A DNA stretch of 63,813 nucleotides, the filler included, from Guillardia theta CCMP2712 (lineage: Eukaryota > Protista > Cryptophyta), in NCBI RefSeq assembly GCF_000315625.1. It is 4 parts of 4 records of this genome, joined end to end, with 100 filler letters (N's around TTAATTAATTAA, not from the genome) between each part and the next. Parts side by side here need not be neighbours in the genome. Positions count along the whole stretch, not along the records: positions 1 to 25,567 come from NW_005434597.1; positions 25,668 to 35,101 come from NW_005434445.1; 2 more parts are not named here. One strand, given 5' to 3'. The notes beneath the pieces are model-generated. The model saw nothing but the letters and a program-made list of their open reading frames with translations. It searched no databases and was not told the DNA's origin. The position numbers were made by a program, and so were the translations under genes. Within the stretch, counting starts at the first letter, position 1; the number at the start of each line of letters is the position of its first letter. Below, piece by piece: positions 13,402 through 28,043 of the stretch.

Positions 13402-14490
13402 CCTGTACATCGTTTTCCTGCATTTCCATTTCTTGCTGCTGTGATAGCAGCTGCATATCCTGCTGCTCTTTGAGTAGCTTTTCCTTGGCATGAAACATTC
13501 TTCTCAAGAGCCTCTCATCCTCCTTGAGCAATCTTTCTCTCTTCTCTCCTTCAGTCTCCTGCACCATGAGCAGGTTCAGATCTTCACACCTCAATACCCC
13601 TCTCCTCTTTCTGACCTCCCCTGCTTCACCTCCCTGTGAAGGGTCGGAGGTTTTTGTTGCATCCTCGTTGTCATCGTGATTATCACTCTGCGACGAAGTA
13701 TCTTCGTCGTCAGCGGTCCGAGCACGCGCTCCCTCCTGCATCGCTCCCTGTGCTGCCTCCCGAACACCGCTATCCTCCTGTCTGACAACTGGCATCTGCA
13801 TGGCAGCAGTCAGCATGGCGCTCCGCTCCAAGGTTGGTGAGAACCTGCATGCTCGTCCTTTCCCCGCCAGCATCTGATGCCTCCATGGTGGCAACCGACC
13901 GCTCGACAGTATTCGGCATGGGAACCAACTGCTCTCCTCCTGCCCTGACCTGTCCCTCCTGAGCTTGCAGCACCTGCGATGCCTCGAGCTCATAGACTCT
14001 GCGAAGCTCAGAGACGATCAGCATCTCCTCCAGCTCCTGCGCATCTCTCAGCATGGGCAGGCCTTGCCTCCCCCTCCCACCTCGTCCAAGTTTCTCTTCC
14101 TGCGTCGCAGAGCCTCCAAGGAGCGGCCTACCGCCGCGGCTCGCATCTTCTTGTGCCTCAGCTCTACTGCATGGCGGGATGCTCAGAGGTTGACCAGCAT
14201 GGCGGCGACTCACCTTGCAGGCTGGCCAGCCGATCCACCTCGCTTTCTCGCTGCATTGCTACAAGGCCCCCGCCTCTCCCGCGCCTGCCTCAGAGACGAG
14301 GAATAGAATGGCTGACGAGAGGGAGGGAGGAGGTAGAGGGGGCAGGGGAAGGAGGGAGGAGGGAGGAGGGAGGAGGGAGGAGGGAGGAGGGAGGAGGGAG
14401 GAGGGAGGAGGGAGGAGGTATGGTAAGGTATGGCATCAGGCGGAGAGCGAGAGCGGGAGAGGGAGGAGGGTTGACCCCAATCAGACATAA
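12950..14490 (-). CDS. Hypothetical coiled-coil protein with poly-(QE) tract, multi-exon; ends approximate
   Basis: Spliceable exons MQRESEVDRLASLQ|ELRHKKMRAAAVGRSLEAL..ELEEMLIVSELRRVYELEASQ..CEDLNLLMVQETEGEKRERLLKEDERLLRRMFHAKEKLLKEQQ. Convergent with RPL35 and divergent from TRAPPC1. Confidence 0.5.
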
Positions 14491-14683
14491 GGAAGCAGAA
14501 TCGATGCCGGGACGTCAACGGGTAATGGAGGTTACGAGTGAAAGAGAAAGGGACGAGGAAAGGAGGGGATTGAGTAAGGGAAAGATTGAGGGAAGGGAAG
14601 GTTTGAGGAAAGACAGATTTTCTCCTACCAGCCTAAGGATGTTTGACTCGACATTTCAGGGGTCAAGTCAGCCCTGAGGAGCC

Positions 14684-15845
<1,162 letters not shown>

Positions 15846-18667
15846 AGCTCTGCTGGGCCCTTGCTCTGCGAGATTTCACCTGCCCCCTGCTCGACTTGTT
15901 CCGTCCGGACGGTCTGCTCCCCTTGTCTCCAACAGGCACCGACCGCCGGCAAGGCTCAAGCCACTGAGTCAGACTTGACAAGGCCTCGTTCTGCTCCTGC
16001 TCAGTGCCGGGCTGCTCCGGCCCGGCGCCTCGGGATAAAGTTCTCGCACTGGGCCTTACGTGACCGCTCGGCTGTGCCCTGGCGACTGAGCAGCTGCAGT
16101 GCCGTGGCCACCCGGGGCCTGATCACTGAGTCACTGCCGCTGAGCCTCAACTTGAAGACTTCACTAGGCTACTTTCCGATCACTGCCCGGCGGCCCCGGC
16201 TGGCGGCGGGTCAAGAGATTTTTGAACTTTTTCGAGGCTGCTACCGCTCAGCGAACTTCGGAAGTGGCTTCGCTGAAGCGTCTTCCGGTCGTCAGCGGCC
16301 GCAAAACCGCTCACGGCGGTTCACCGTCACGGTCGGGGGCCGGTCTGCTGCATTATACTGAGTAGTCGGAGCATGGCGCAACTTGAAGCTTGACTCGAAT
16401 GCCAACTTGTTAGTGAAGTTTACACCACTTGTCGGAATGTTAGTCAAGTTACTTCAGTCCGATGGCACGATCGAACTTCATGTTAAAACAGAGCCTGCAC
16501 GGACGTGTCCGTGAGGCCCTGAGTCCCGGTCAGTGAGCAAAAACGGACCGGACTGTCTCACCGTTCCGTTGCGGGCAGCCTGGCAGTGCATTTACACTGT
16601 GACAAGCCTAACAACCGTGAACCGTTGAACTCGCACTCCGAGGCTCCGTCGACTGCCCCGGCCGGGTAACCTCAGTACAGTACGTGACTCAGCCTGCCAG
16701 TGACTGTGATCATCGCCGGACTGCCGGGCCCGGGGCCGTCCGACGGTCGCCGGGTCACCGTGAGTTTGGAACGTGACTGGGGGAGAGGCCAGGGGTTGTG
16801 GCCACCTTGTATGAACGTGGGGTACAAAGAAGGGGTACTTTTCTAGGGTACGATCAGAGATCTATGGGGGTAGGGGTTATTTTTACATGGGTCATCAAAG
16901 GTATGGTGGGGTAGAAATTGGGGAGGCCTCACGGCCTCTCTTTTTCCCACTGAGGGTGGTCTGTCCCGTACAACTCGATCCGATCCCTTGTTTAAAACTC
17001 TAAAATGAATCTTTGTACATTTTTGTATGTGAATGGCTTATAAACAGTCCAGTAAAATACAACAATAGTGTAGCCCCCTCAAAACTGTACTGTGTAATGA
17101 AAAATAAAACAAAAAAAATTGCCATACTAGAAAAGCTAAAGATATTCTATATATAAATATATACAACGGTGTAAACCCGTACAAGCTCATCAGTACAGAA
17201 TTGAGATACAGTATTATGAAGTCACAAAATTATTTTAAGATTAAAACTTGAGGCTAGAAATATTGGCTGATAATCAAATTATCACTTATCACCGGGTCAT
17301 CTTATCTGGAATACCCCACCCATGTCCATTATGTCCTAATTAAATATTACTCAATTATTGTATTACTACCCCCATGGTGGGTCATGGTGGGTCCTTTTTC
17401 CGACCTCCTGCTGACAAGGTAGCCTTTGCACCAAAAGTCTACCCCCACCCCCCATTTTGTTGAAAAGTGAACGGTAGTGCTCAGTTGTATTGCATGAGTG
17501 GGTAGGGGTCATCAGGGGTAGGTGATGGAGTACAAATTGAGGGGTCATCAGGTTTTAGTCTGGTACGTGGGAATAAAATCCCTACAAATGGTAGGGTATT
17601 TGTGGTAGTAGAAGGGGGTGCAAGAATCATTGAAATTGATGGTGGGTACTGGTTGTTTTTTGGTGGGTGGGGGTCATGGGTTGGTCGGGGTTGTAGAGGA
17701 GTAGTTTGGAACTCAAGCATGGCGGGGATTGGGGCAAAGGGACGGAAAGACTGAGAGAAGAGAAAGGAAGAGAAGGGAAGAGGAGGGAAGGGAAGGGAAG
17801 GAATACCAGGAACAAGTGAGAGTACAAGCAAGAAGACAAGCTTGAAGGGGGCAGATTCATTTGGCAACAACTTGATATCTGTGTGCTAAGTTCTGCAATT
17901 CTAAGTATTTGCAGCAAAGGCGCAAATTTGTGGAAAGGGACAGAGGAAGGCAAAGATCAAAACTTTCCAACGACAAACAGACAAAATAAGCAGTGCGAAG
18001 ACACAAGGTGGTTCATTGCAGATCAATCGTCGTCAGGGAGCAAAGCGATCACAGACCCCAAATATCGCAATCGAAAGGGGGCAACGTCGGGTATCCATCA
18101 GCGTTCAACAGGGATCGGACGAAGAAGTCCAAGACAAGCTTTCGACTCAAAGAGCAGGAGAGGTCGACTTCCGTGCTGAGATGGTGCAGCAGAACAGAGG
18201 GTATAGCACCAAACCCCATTGCTTGTCCTGTTCCCCAGTGCACGGTTGTTGGAATTGATGTACCTCAAAGTAACTTGTCCAGCAGGATGTCGATCCAGAG
18301 AATCCTTCATATCTGCCTGGCGTTCATCTTCTATGGTGATCTCTTGGTGTACCATCTCTTGGCGTCCTCACTTTGTCTGTAGAGAGAGCCGCTGGATTCC
18401 AGATGCTGAGTTGTGTGGGAAAGCCCAGTGCTTCTGGTTGCCGGCAATCGGCCATTGTACACATGAATCTTCGGAGCACTCGTTCGAAGCTCTCCACATG
18501 CTCCTCTTTTGAGAGAGCAACAAATGCTGTGAAGAATGTTAGACGGCGACTGGGGATCCAGACGGCCGACCCGATCATGGTGGTACGTTTGCCTCACGCG
18601 CTCCTCCTCGCTCTCTCTGTCTCTCCTCTCCTCCCCTCTCATGAGCGTCTTCAGTTGAGATGAGGCG

Positions 18668-21073
18668 ATGCACATGACGAGATTGCAGGCAACGAATGAG
18701 TTCCACAATGTGTCAGAGAAGGCGATGGCGGAGCTGGAGAAGTCCAGCCTCAACCTAAGACGTACTTGCGATCTGAGATGTAACCAGCCGCTGATCCCTC
18801 CTCTCTCCCTCAGACTTCCTTTCGTGGGCTTCTGTCGTTGGGCCGTCACCAAGAGGTCTGTATGACTCAGTCGCGTCAATGTTTTGAAACTTGTCGTGCA
18901 GTCTCTCCTCTTCTCGAGGACAGGTACAAGAACATTTTCCCCATCCTCGCCGCAGCCATTGCCGCCATGGGGCCGCTGCTGTTCGGGTATGCCCTGGGGT
19001 ACACGAGCCCGTGCCTAGACTCTTTGGCAAGCGAGAATGCTCTCTCCTCGCTCCAGAGTTCGACCTTTGCCTCCATCATCAACATCGGGGCTGTGATCGC
19101 CGGCCTTGTCAGCAGCAGGAGGATAGAGACGCTGGGGAGAAAGCCCGTGGTGCTGATAGCTTCCCTCCTCTTCTTCCTGGGGTTTACCGGCGTCTTCCTG
19201 GGAGGAAGCTACCCCATGCTCCTCCTCGGCAGGCTAGTCACTGGCTTCGCAGCAGGAGTGGCAACAGTAGCCACTCCCATGTACATCGCCGAAATCTCTC
19301 CGAGGAGGCTGCGGGGATTTCTGGGCTCCTTCTACCAGCTCTCCTGCACCCTTGGCATCCTCCTCAGCTACTCGCTGGGGCTGGCGGTGGGATGGAGGGA
19401 GATGGCTCTGGTCGGGTCGATGTGCTCCCTCATGTTCGCCGGGCTGTCGTTGCTCTTCCTCCCTGAGAGCCCGGGGTGGCTGGAGAGGAAAGGGTTCTCG
19501 AAGCGCGCGAATGCGTATGCTGGAAAGTTGGGGATGCAGGACGAGCTGTCAGTCTCAGAGGAGGAGGAAGAGTTTGTTGACTCTCCGAGGAGGAGCCGGA
19601 GATCGTCGCTCCTTTCGCGATGGCGATATGAGCTGGATAGCATTCCTACCAACGTCCAGCGATCGCTGGTGATGATGGATCCCTTGTACCTCCCCCTGCT
19701 CTCTCTTCCCACTCTGCCTCCTCTTCACTGCCTCCTCCCATCATCTCTTGCCTCCCTCCGCCCTCCCTCCCTTCCCTCCCGCCTCCCTCCTGTTTTCAGC
19801 CCTCCTCTGACTGAGCATGCAGATCTTGGCGGCGGGGATGATTCTCCTCCAGCAGCTGTGCGGCATCAACACGGTGATCTTCTTCTCAGGGCAGGTGCGG
19901 CTCCTCTCCCCAGCACGAGCTGGCGTCCCTCACGTGCGTCCTCAGATCCTCTCGAGCGCTGGCATGGCGAGCATGGCAAACCTCGTCTCGTTTGCTGTGG
20001 CTCTGACACAGGTGACGGCAAGGCGGCGACGTTCTGGGCCGAGTCAGGATACTGACGGTTGAGATTCAGGTCATCGTCACTGCCTTCTCGGCCACGAGCG
20101 TGGACAGCATGGGGAGGAAGAAGCTTCTAGTAGGCACGAGCCTCCCATTCCTCCCTCCACGCGCGCGTTCTTGCTCTTGCTCCATCTGGCTCTATCTGAT
20201 TTCTCTTCTTTCTTCTCATCTCCCTCGCCTGACAGGTTCGGGGGCGGGCATGACACTGGGCATGGCGCTGATGATGCTCAACTTCTCGCTCCAAGTGACG
20301 ATGCTCCCTCCCTCTTCCTCTCACTTCTCACGCCCTCCTCTTGGCCAGGGGTCGAGCGCTGCGGGAGGACCTCTTCTCGGTGATTTTCTCTCTTGCCTCT
20401 CGTCAGCTACCAGGCTCATTGCACGCGCAGCTTCGAGCATGGCGAGCATGGGGCTGTTGATCTACATTGCCTCCTTCTCCTTTGGTTGGGGCCCCGTGAG
20501 TTCTCCTCCTCGTCCTCGTCCTCGTCCTCGTCCTCCTCATCCTGACGGCTCGATTAAGGTGCCGTGGCTGATGGTTGGAGAGCTTTTCCCTTCGCAGGCA
20601 GAGAATTTTCACATGCTTCCTCGTGACTGAAGTTTCTGTGGGAAGCAGTACAGGAGCCTGGCCTCTGCCATGTCGTCGGTGCTCGCTTGGTAACGCTTGC
20701 GCTTGTAGTGCTCTCGTCCTCAACTGTGTGAACAGGGGAGGCTCGTTCTGCATGACACAGGTATCCAGAACATGGAGAAGTAGCAGTTGGAGTAAGGAGG
20801 AAGAGGAAGAGCTCAAGCATGACCAGAGGAGGAGGAGGAGGAGGAGGAGGAGGAGGAGGAGGAGGAGGAGGAGATGGAAAAGGATCTGTTGTCACGAATT
20901 TTGGCAGTTCTTTGGCACGCTCATGTCATCGCTCGGGCAGCAGATGATCTTTACTGGCTTCACTGTAGCTTGCGCCTTCTCGGTTGGTCTCATTGAGAGG
21001 AGGAAGGGGACTGAGGAATGTACAGGTGTTGTGGGTGTTGGCTCCGAGCACGCAGTTCGTCGAGACCATGTGA
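18668..21073 (+). CDS. MFS sugar porter family transporter (GLUT8/ERD6-like), multi-exon; possible upstream targeting exons from 18287
   Basis: Sugar-porter motifs FGYALGYTSP, ETLGRKP, PMYIAEISPRRLRGFLGSFYQL, LPESP, LQQLCGINTVIFFS, VDSMGRKKLL, FSFGWGP|VPWLMVGELFP, terminal QFVETM* (TGA 21071-21073). Confidence 0.9.
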
Positions 21074-21330
21074 GAAAAGAGAGGAGCAAGGACAAATGAG
21101 GAGGAGGGAGGGAGGGAGAAAGTTCAAGAATAAGAGTGCAACTAGTTTCAATACCAGCAATCTAACATAAGAGGTGACAGGGGCAAGAGCCTGGAAGAAA
21201 TCCAAGCAGAATTATCAGAATGAATGACAGCAAGAGGATTGCTGTATTTCACAAAACACACACAATCAAGAATATGTGAAAAAATCATGTTTCATTAAAC
21301 AACAACCCATCTATCGCCCAAGGTCTAATC

Positions 21331-22218
21331 TTAGAAGGAAAATCGCTTCCTTAGCTGCTGCCTCTGGCTCCTAGCAGTGTCACGGTGCGCCTGGCACGCT
21401 GCGTAGAGGCTGACAAGTAACTCCTGGGGGGTCGGAGTCTTCATGATCGCCTCGGGGGCAACCATTGCCTCCTCCCTGACCTCCCCCCGAATCGAGTTCC
21501 TCTTCACCCTGTTGTACATAGGGCAGCAGGACTCGACTTCGCATCTGCAGCAGGGGCAGTTGTTGCAGATCTGGAGCCAGTTGACGATGCAGTCCTCGTG
21601 GAAGCTGTGAGCACATGGCATCTGCCTCACTTCGCCCTCCATGTTCTCATGGCAGATCGCACATACTGTCTGAGCGTTCTCCTCCTTCAATTCCTCAGCA
21701 GGAACCTTTGTCAGCGTGTCGATGGCATGGGAAGATGCTGCCGGGTTCGAGTGCGGCATCATGGCACTGTCACGAACCTTCCTCAGGAGCTCGAGCAGGA
21801 AGTAGCGAGAGAGGCCACCATTGCACACGGGCTCGTCGGCGAGCTGAAGGAGGAGAGGGTCCAGTGGAGTGCCCGGCGCCTCTGTCCTGACCGTCACAAC
21901 TCTCTCCCCACGTCGGTTGCGGAAAACTCTCGGACGACAATCCCTCGGGCAAGGACTGCGTGCCCTCTTGCGTGAGGTACCCATATCGGCCGGTGCAGTG
22001 GGGTCCGAGTTGGCCGGTGCGATAGGCTCCGGTTGGATCTGAGGACCATGTGCCACTTCTCTGGTGCGATTGATGCATGGCACGTACACAGCATCACAGA
22101 CAGGCCGCCTGTGAGTTTTCTTCCTGTTCAACTGCGCGTCGACAGACACCAAGATCATTCTATCGGTAAAGACGTCATTCTCCATCTCTTCCGTCATGTG
22201 ATGTTGAGCAGACTCCAT
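21331..22218 (-). CDS. Intronless RING-H2 (C3H2C3) E3 ubiquitin ligase-like protein
   Basis: Contains CAICHENMEGEVRQMPCAHSFHEDCIVNWLQICNNCPCCR preceded by PAASSHAIDTL (RNF126/ATL-type context). Probable start MESAQHH at 22218; the ORF is open up to 22509. Confidence 0.85.
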   Translation of the reverse strand: MESAQHHMTEEMENDVFTDRMILVSVDAQLNRKKTHRRPVCDAVYVPCINRTREVAHGPQIQPEPIAPANSDPTAPADMGTSRKRARSPCPRDCRPRVFRNRRGERVVTVRTEAPGTPLDPLLLQLADEPVCNGGLSRYFLLELLRKVRDSAMMPHSNPAASSHAIDTLTKVPAEELKEENAQTVCAICHENMEGEVRQMPCAHSFHEDCIVNWLQICNNCPCCRCEVESCCPMYNRVKRNSIRGEVREEAMVAPEAIMKTPTPQELLVSLYAACQAHRDTARSQRQQLRKRFSF

Positions 22219-25135
22219 GTTGGTTCCAGGAAGCAGACAGGAGGAGGAGAATGGAGAGGAAAGAACAATCTTGCTGAGAGGAGGAGGACCGGCTATGAGG
22301 AGGAGGGAAGGAAAACGCTTGCGTGGAGCGTGGAGGACGGAAGAGGAAAGAGAGTCGGTGCAGAGAGGAGGTCGGGGGTCCGGTATATACAGGGGGGCAC
22401 GGGGACAGGGAGGGGCGCAGACACAGGGGGTGGGTGGTAGGGTAAAGTGTGAGCGGGTGTAAGTGGAGGGGTACATTGCAAGGAACTTAAGGGGGTGGGC
22501 AAAGACCATGATGGAGTCGGATCGTGAAGGTATGGGTGGGGTGTAATTGGGTAGGGTGGATGGGAAGAGGACAAAGAGGCTCTGTACGGAGGGGTGGGTG
22601 AGAAGGAAGGAGTATAAGGGGGTAGGGGTAGCGATGGAAGAAGGCGAATCGAAAGGGTGGTAAATTGGCCCACCTCCTTTGGTGTCTGCGAGTAGGGGTA
22701 GGGGACGAGGTACCTAGGTAGGGGTGGGTGGAATAGAGGTGGTGGGTGGGTGATGAGATATTTCAGTTGTTGATCATAAATGATTGAGTTGGTGGGGTAG
22801 GGGTGGTACAATCTCTAAGGGAGTACGGGGTACTTGTTCGTTTTGGTTGTAGCTGGCTAGAACTCTAGCGGGCTAGACCGTGGGGATGGTGGGGTAGTCG
22901 TGGAAACTGTGGGGTGGTCAATGGTTCAATCGAACCCGGAGAGTAGGTGGGGAGGGAGGGTGGGTATGCTCACTGTGTGATGGTGGGGTGGGGAACAATT
23001 GAAGAGGATGATGATCATGTGTCACGGGGGAAGGGCTGAGGGACGGGTGGTTCCCTTCGACTCTGAGATTACTTGCTAAAAGTACCCCGTACTTCGTAGA
23101 TATCTTGGGGGTATGAATGGCCAACTATCGAAGTACTCACAAATGAGGTAGGGTGGGTATTTATCAGTCGCGCACCGACGGGTTTTACTAAAACCCTCTG
23201 TCAAAAGGGGGGTAGGGGTACATGACCCTAATGAGGGTCATGTCGAGTCATGGGCCTCGTGGCTCAGTCAGATCCGGGTAGACATCCCATGAAAACAATG
23301 GGAAATGGAGGGGTACAAATGATTGACGTGCGATGAAAGATAGGGCATACCACCGGTGGTTTTGGGAGAATTGAAAATCACCGGGTCATTAAAAATCGGG
23401 GTGGTCCCGAGGTGCTAGTCGATAGCAGGTCACGGGGATCTGTAAGGTAAAGTAGGAGTCGAAGTGGTGCTGTCCATTGTGGGGGTGGGTCAACAGGTAC
23501 GTTTTGAAAGGGTGAAGGCCAGAGCAGTAACGCTCATGCTTTGTGGAAATGAATTAATGCATTACATATCAAAACTAAAGGGTTGGAAAAACATAAACCC
23601 TGATATCAGGAACAACACAACATTTGGGGTATTGTATGCAGGGGGTACCCTACGGATGTTTGCACAAAGTGCAGCACGGATGCAATTGAAAGGCACGCAA
23701 GTCTCTTTTTCCAAAACGAGTGTCTTCGATTTTCTTTGAGGGGATCTGGTTTTTAAAAACAAGTATGAGACTTAAATTGTTTTTAGATTTTTTTTCTTGC
23801 AGAGTCGACCACCCCAAACAAGTTTTTTGAAGTAGAGTTGAGGGTTGTCGACAGATATTTACTGCACGGAACCTCGGGGCCTCGCTTTATATTTTACTAA
23901 AGCCTGACGTGACCCACTTTACCTTAAAAACCTTTGCATCCTGCTACAAGTATTTTAAGTACTCATGACTGTATCTGTCTCGAAGGTTCGGTGTGGCAGA
24001 TAAATACACCCTCTTCCTTCGACAGAACTGTACCGGTAGAAAACAATGAGAAAAAGAGGGGTCTTCAGAAAAGGGGTGCGCTGATCCAACAGGTTATGAA
24101 CCCTCAAAGACTCTCCGGCCCTCCGGCCCTCCGAAGCTGTGGTCACGGCAAATGCGAAAACCTCTGTTTTCATGAAATAAAAAAGAATGTACGTTTTGAA
24201 GATAAGATCAGTCTGTGTATCACTCAGAACCTTCTTCGCCATGTCTGACTGTTCCGAGCAAGTTACCACTTTCCTTCTAGGTTACACCCTCAACTTCAAC
24301 TCCGAGCCGGTGGATATACCGGAGCCTCCGGAGCTCCCCTACAGTACCAAAACTTATTACTCATCTTTTGACTAAATTATAAGCTAGAGCCTTTTTTCGA
24401 GTGACGAGTCGGGGGGCGCTGGCCGGGTTAAGTTATTATTACCGGTGACTTTACTCAACACGGCCCGGCGGCCCGACCGCCCGCCGTCACGGTCGGCGGA
24501 CAGCGGGCCGCAGAGCGGGCCGGGCCACTGGGGCCGGGCACACGGGCGGGACCGGCGGGGGGATGAGGCCCTGGTTACCACCGTCGGCGGCCGTCCGACT
24601 CTGAGTCCGAGGCCCTCCCCGGCGACTCAGTCCGTCCGTCACTTATCCGATAGTATAGTATGGTTCTGATTTTTAGCCGTCTCAACCTTTGTAGATTCGG
24701 ATCATGGCAAGTTGAGTACATCATTGTAACGGCGGTACTACGGTACTAGCCAGCCTCCGGGCCGACTCTCAGTTACTCCTGGCAGCGGACACTGGCAGTG
24801 CGCCTAAGTTCCATTGGCCCGGCACCGATGCCCCGCCGGGCCCGCCGCGGCAGATCGGAGTCATGACGTCGGCTCGGCGGAAAGTTCCAATTCAAGATCA
24901 GAACGACCGATGCTAATCGAGTCACCAACCTTGACGTTGCGGCAGTGCCGTTCAAGTTTCAAGGCATGCACTCAGGTGATTGTCAATACTAAGTTTACTC
25001 ATAACAAGCTCCGACTACCGACTGAGAGCGACTCACGACTCACTGATCGGACTCTCATCAGGAGCTGCGCTCAGACTCCAGCTAGCAGGACCCGGTCTCA
25101 CTCCTCAGCAGATAATGATGTACGGGCCCGGTAGG

Positions 25136-27968
25136 TCAGAGCTCGTTGAGGGTACGGCGGTGAGTGACGATCCTGACCCGAGCAGTCGCCGCCTGGGAGG
25201 AAGAAGACGATGAGGGTCAAGACGGTAGAATGGGAGACTAGGAGGGAGGGAGGGATGGCAGACATCGAGTCACCTTAGAGAGGTCAGCACGGTAGAGCTC
25301 AGCTTTGAGGAAGGAGGAAGGGTCCCTGTGGGTCAGGCCTGACAGGGTCCCTCGGAAGAGGCATTGCGATGGAGCTGACGTCCTCGTCAGAGGCGAGACG
25401 TGGACGATGTGGGTGGAGAAGAGTGAGCTTTGAGGGTGGTGGTGGTGGTGGTGGTGGAAGAGGAAGAGGAGGAGGAGGAGAAGGAGGAGGAGGAGGAGGT
25501 GGTGGTGGTGGAGGAAGAGGACGAGTAGGAGGAGGAGTTGGTGGTGGTGGTGATGTGGTGGAAGATGNNNNNNNNNNNNNNNNNNNNNNNNNNNNNNNNN
25601 NNNNNNNNNNNTTAATTAATTAANNNNNNNNNNNNNNNNNNNNNNNNNNNNNNNNNNNNNNNNNNNNTTCTCCCTCCTTGCTTCCTCCTCTTCCTTTTGG
25701 TGATCCATCTTCATCATCTCCTCTTTCCCTGAGTCTACTCCTTCATTCCCCTCCCCGTCCTCCCCTTCGCCTCTTGTCGTGCTCTCACCTGCCACACGCT
25801 TTTGGCTTGCGAGTCGCAGATGCATCCGCCTCCTCTGCTTCTCCGCGTCCTCTTACACACGGGACAAGTGTCCTGCGAGACCGCGTGGTTACCTCTCGCT
25901 CCTGCTTCTTTTAATCATCCTCGTCCTCCTGCCCCTTCTCCTGCTCCTCTATTGCTTCTCCCTCTCCTCGTCTTTCCCACCCTCCTCCTCCTCCTCCTCT
26001 TCCTCTTCCTCTTCCTCCTCCTCTTCCTCTTCCTCCATCTTCTCTGGAGGACCTGAGAGAATCGACGAGGAGAAGACGAGGAATCTCTGTGCGCTGCCAT
26101 CTGAGAAAGCATCGGGTCAAGCTCATCAGGGGAAAGAAAGAAGTGAAGAGAAGAGCGAAGGAAAGGGGACGAAGAGAGGAGGAGGAGGAGGAGGAGGAGG
26201 AGGAGGAGGTGCTGCTGGTAATGTGACGGAAGAGGAGGTGGTGGAGGTGGAGGTGGAGCAGCAGCAGCAGCAGCAGCATCCAGTACTTGTTGGAAGGGTT
26301 GGTGAGGAATTTCTTCGATGGTTGGCGTTGGGATGGCAGGCTGTAGATTAGAAACGTCAGCCAACTGGCACTGGGACACAACTTTTACCTCTTTGCCCTG
26401 CTCCTCGAAGACGCCCTCCTTGATTCTCTCCTCTTCTTGTTAGTGATCCCTGCCCTTGCCNNNNNNNNNNNNNNNNNNNNNNNNNNNNNNNNNNNNNNNN
26501 NNNNNNNNNNNNNNNNNNNNNNNNNNNNNNNNNNNNNNNNNNNNNNNNNNNNNNNNNNNNGCTGCTGCTGCTGCTGCTGCCCCCTCTCCTCTTCCTGCTC
26601 CTGCTGCTCGAGCTCATTTAGGTCCAGATCCTCTTGGGCTGCACTATCAGCAACTTCTGTTGGCTCCTCCTCCTCCTTCCCCTCCATTGGGATCCTGTAT
26701 GAGCGTCAGAACCATCTCATCCCCTCCGTGTCTCTTCCTGTAGAGCTCCATGCAAGTTTGCGGCTCCTCCTCCTCCTCCTCCTCCTCCTCCTCTCGCACT
26801 GCTGCTGGGGGAGTCTCCGATGCCTTGTGGGGAGTTTCGAGCGACCAGTCGAGAGCTCCTCTGAAAACAAATGAGGAGGAGGAAGGGAAGGGAGGGAGGA
26901 AACGAGAAGAGGACAGCGAAAGGGAGGGGAGGAAGAGGAGGAAGAGGAGGAAGAGGAAGAGGAAGAGGAAGAGGAAGAGGAAGAGGAAGAGGAGGGGAGC
27001 AGAGGATGAGGAGGTGGCAAAGGGACTTTACCCCATCGTCAGCACATGAGCAGATTCATGCTTGAGCGTGACCCACTGACCTGAAGGTTGCGTGAGAAAA
27101 GAGCGAAGAAAGAGCGCAAGGAGGAAGATAGAGAGGAAGAAGTGAGAGAGGAAGAAGTCAGAGGAATGAGGATATGATATGGTTGAAGCAAAGCAGTGGA
27201 GGAAGGAGAGGAGAGGAGGCGGAGGAGGGGGAGGAGAGGGAGGAGAGGAGGCGGAGGAGGGGGAGGAGAGGAGGCGGAGGCGGGGGAGGAGAGGAGGCGG
27301 AGGAGGCTGAAAGATGAAGAGGAGCGGTGAAGGGGCTGGAAGGAAGGAGCTGGTGTATAAGAAGGATCATGACAGCGCAAGGAGAAAGGGGAGGACGAGA
27401 GGAGGAGGAGAGGGGCAGGTCAGGTGGTAGTACCATCCTCGGCCTTGATCTGAACTTGTGAGCAAGCGCGCAGGAAAGTTCCTTCCATGATGCAGCGGAC
27501 AAGAACTGCCCTAATCTCTTCAACCTCCTCCCTCCCCCTCCAAGAAGGATGGTGGAGCCGAAGGAAGGAGCAGGTCTCCGGTAGCCGGGGAGCCTCGTAC
27601 ATCATCTACCGCCACTCACATCCTCCCCTCCTTGCTCACTTCGCCTCACCTTCATCTCCTTCCCCGCCGTCCCCGCACATGCCGCCAGCTCGTCCTCCAT
27701 CTGCTCCTGCAGCCCCACTGCCTCCTCCTTCCCTCCTCCCTGCCACTCCGTCAAACAAAACGCCAGAAGAAGCGAGTCCCACCAGCTTGAGGACAAGAAT
27801 CTTGCCTGCCGGCGACAACACCTCCTCCCCCCTCCTTCCCCTTCCCCCTCCCTCGTCCTCTTCTTCCTCCTGGGATATGCCAGGAAGCAGCCTGTCCTGA
27901 TCGGGAGGACGAGGAGCAACACGATCAAGTCGGCGCTGCCCATCTGAAGGTGAAAGTCAGGACCATTG

Positions 27969-28043
<75 letters not shown>

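Noticed and set aside
23464-24375. Short ORFs in the AT-rich intergenic region
   Set aside because: No motifs, no consistent exon chain, and composition unlike host exons.
25612-25623. TTAATTAATTAA palindromes as biological sites
   Set aside because: They are embedded in N-runs three times, so they are an artificial contig-joining linker.
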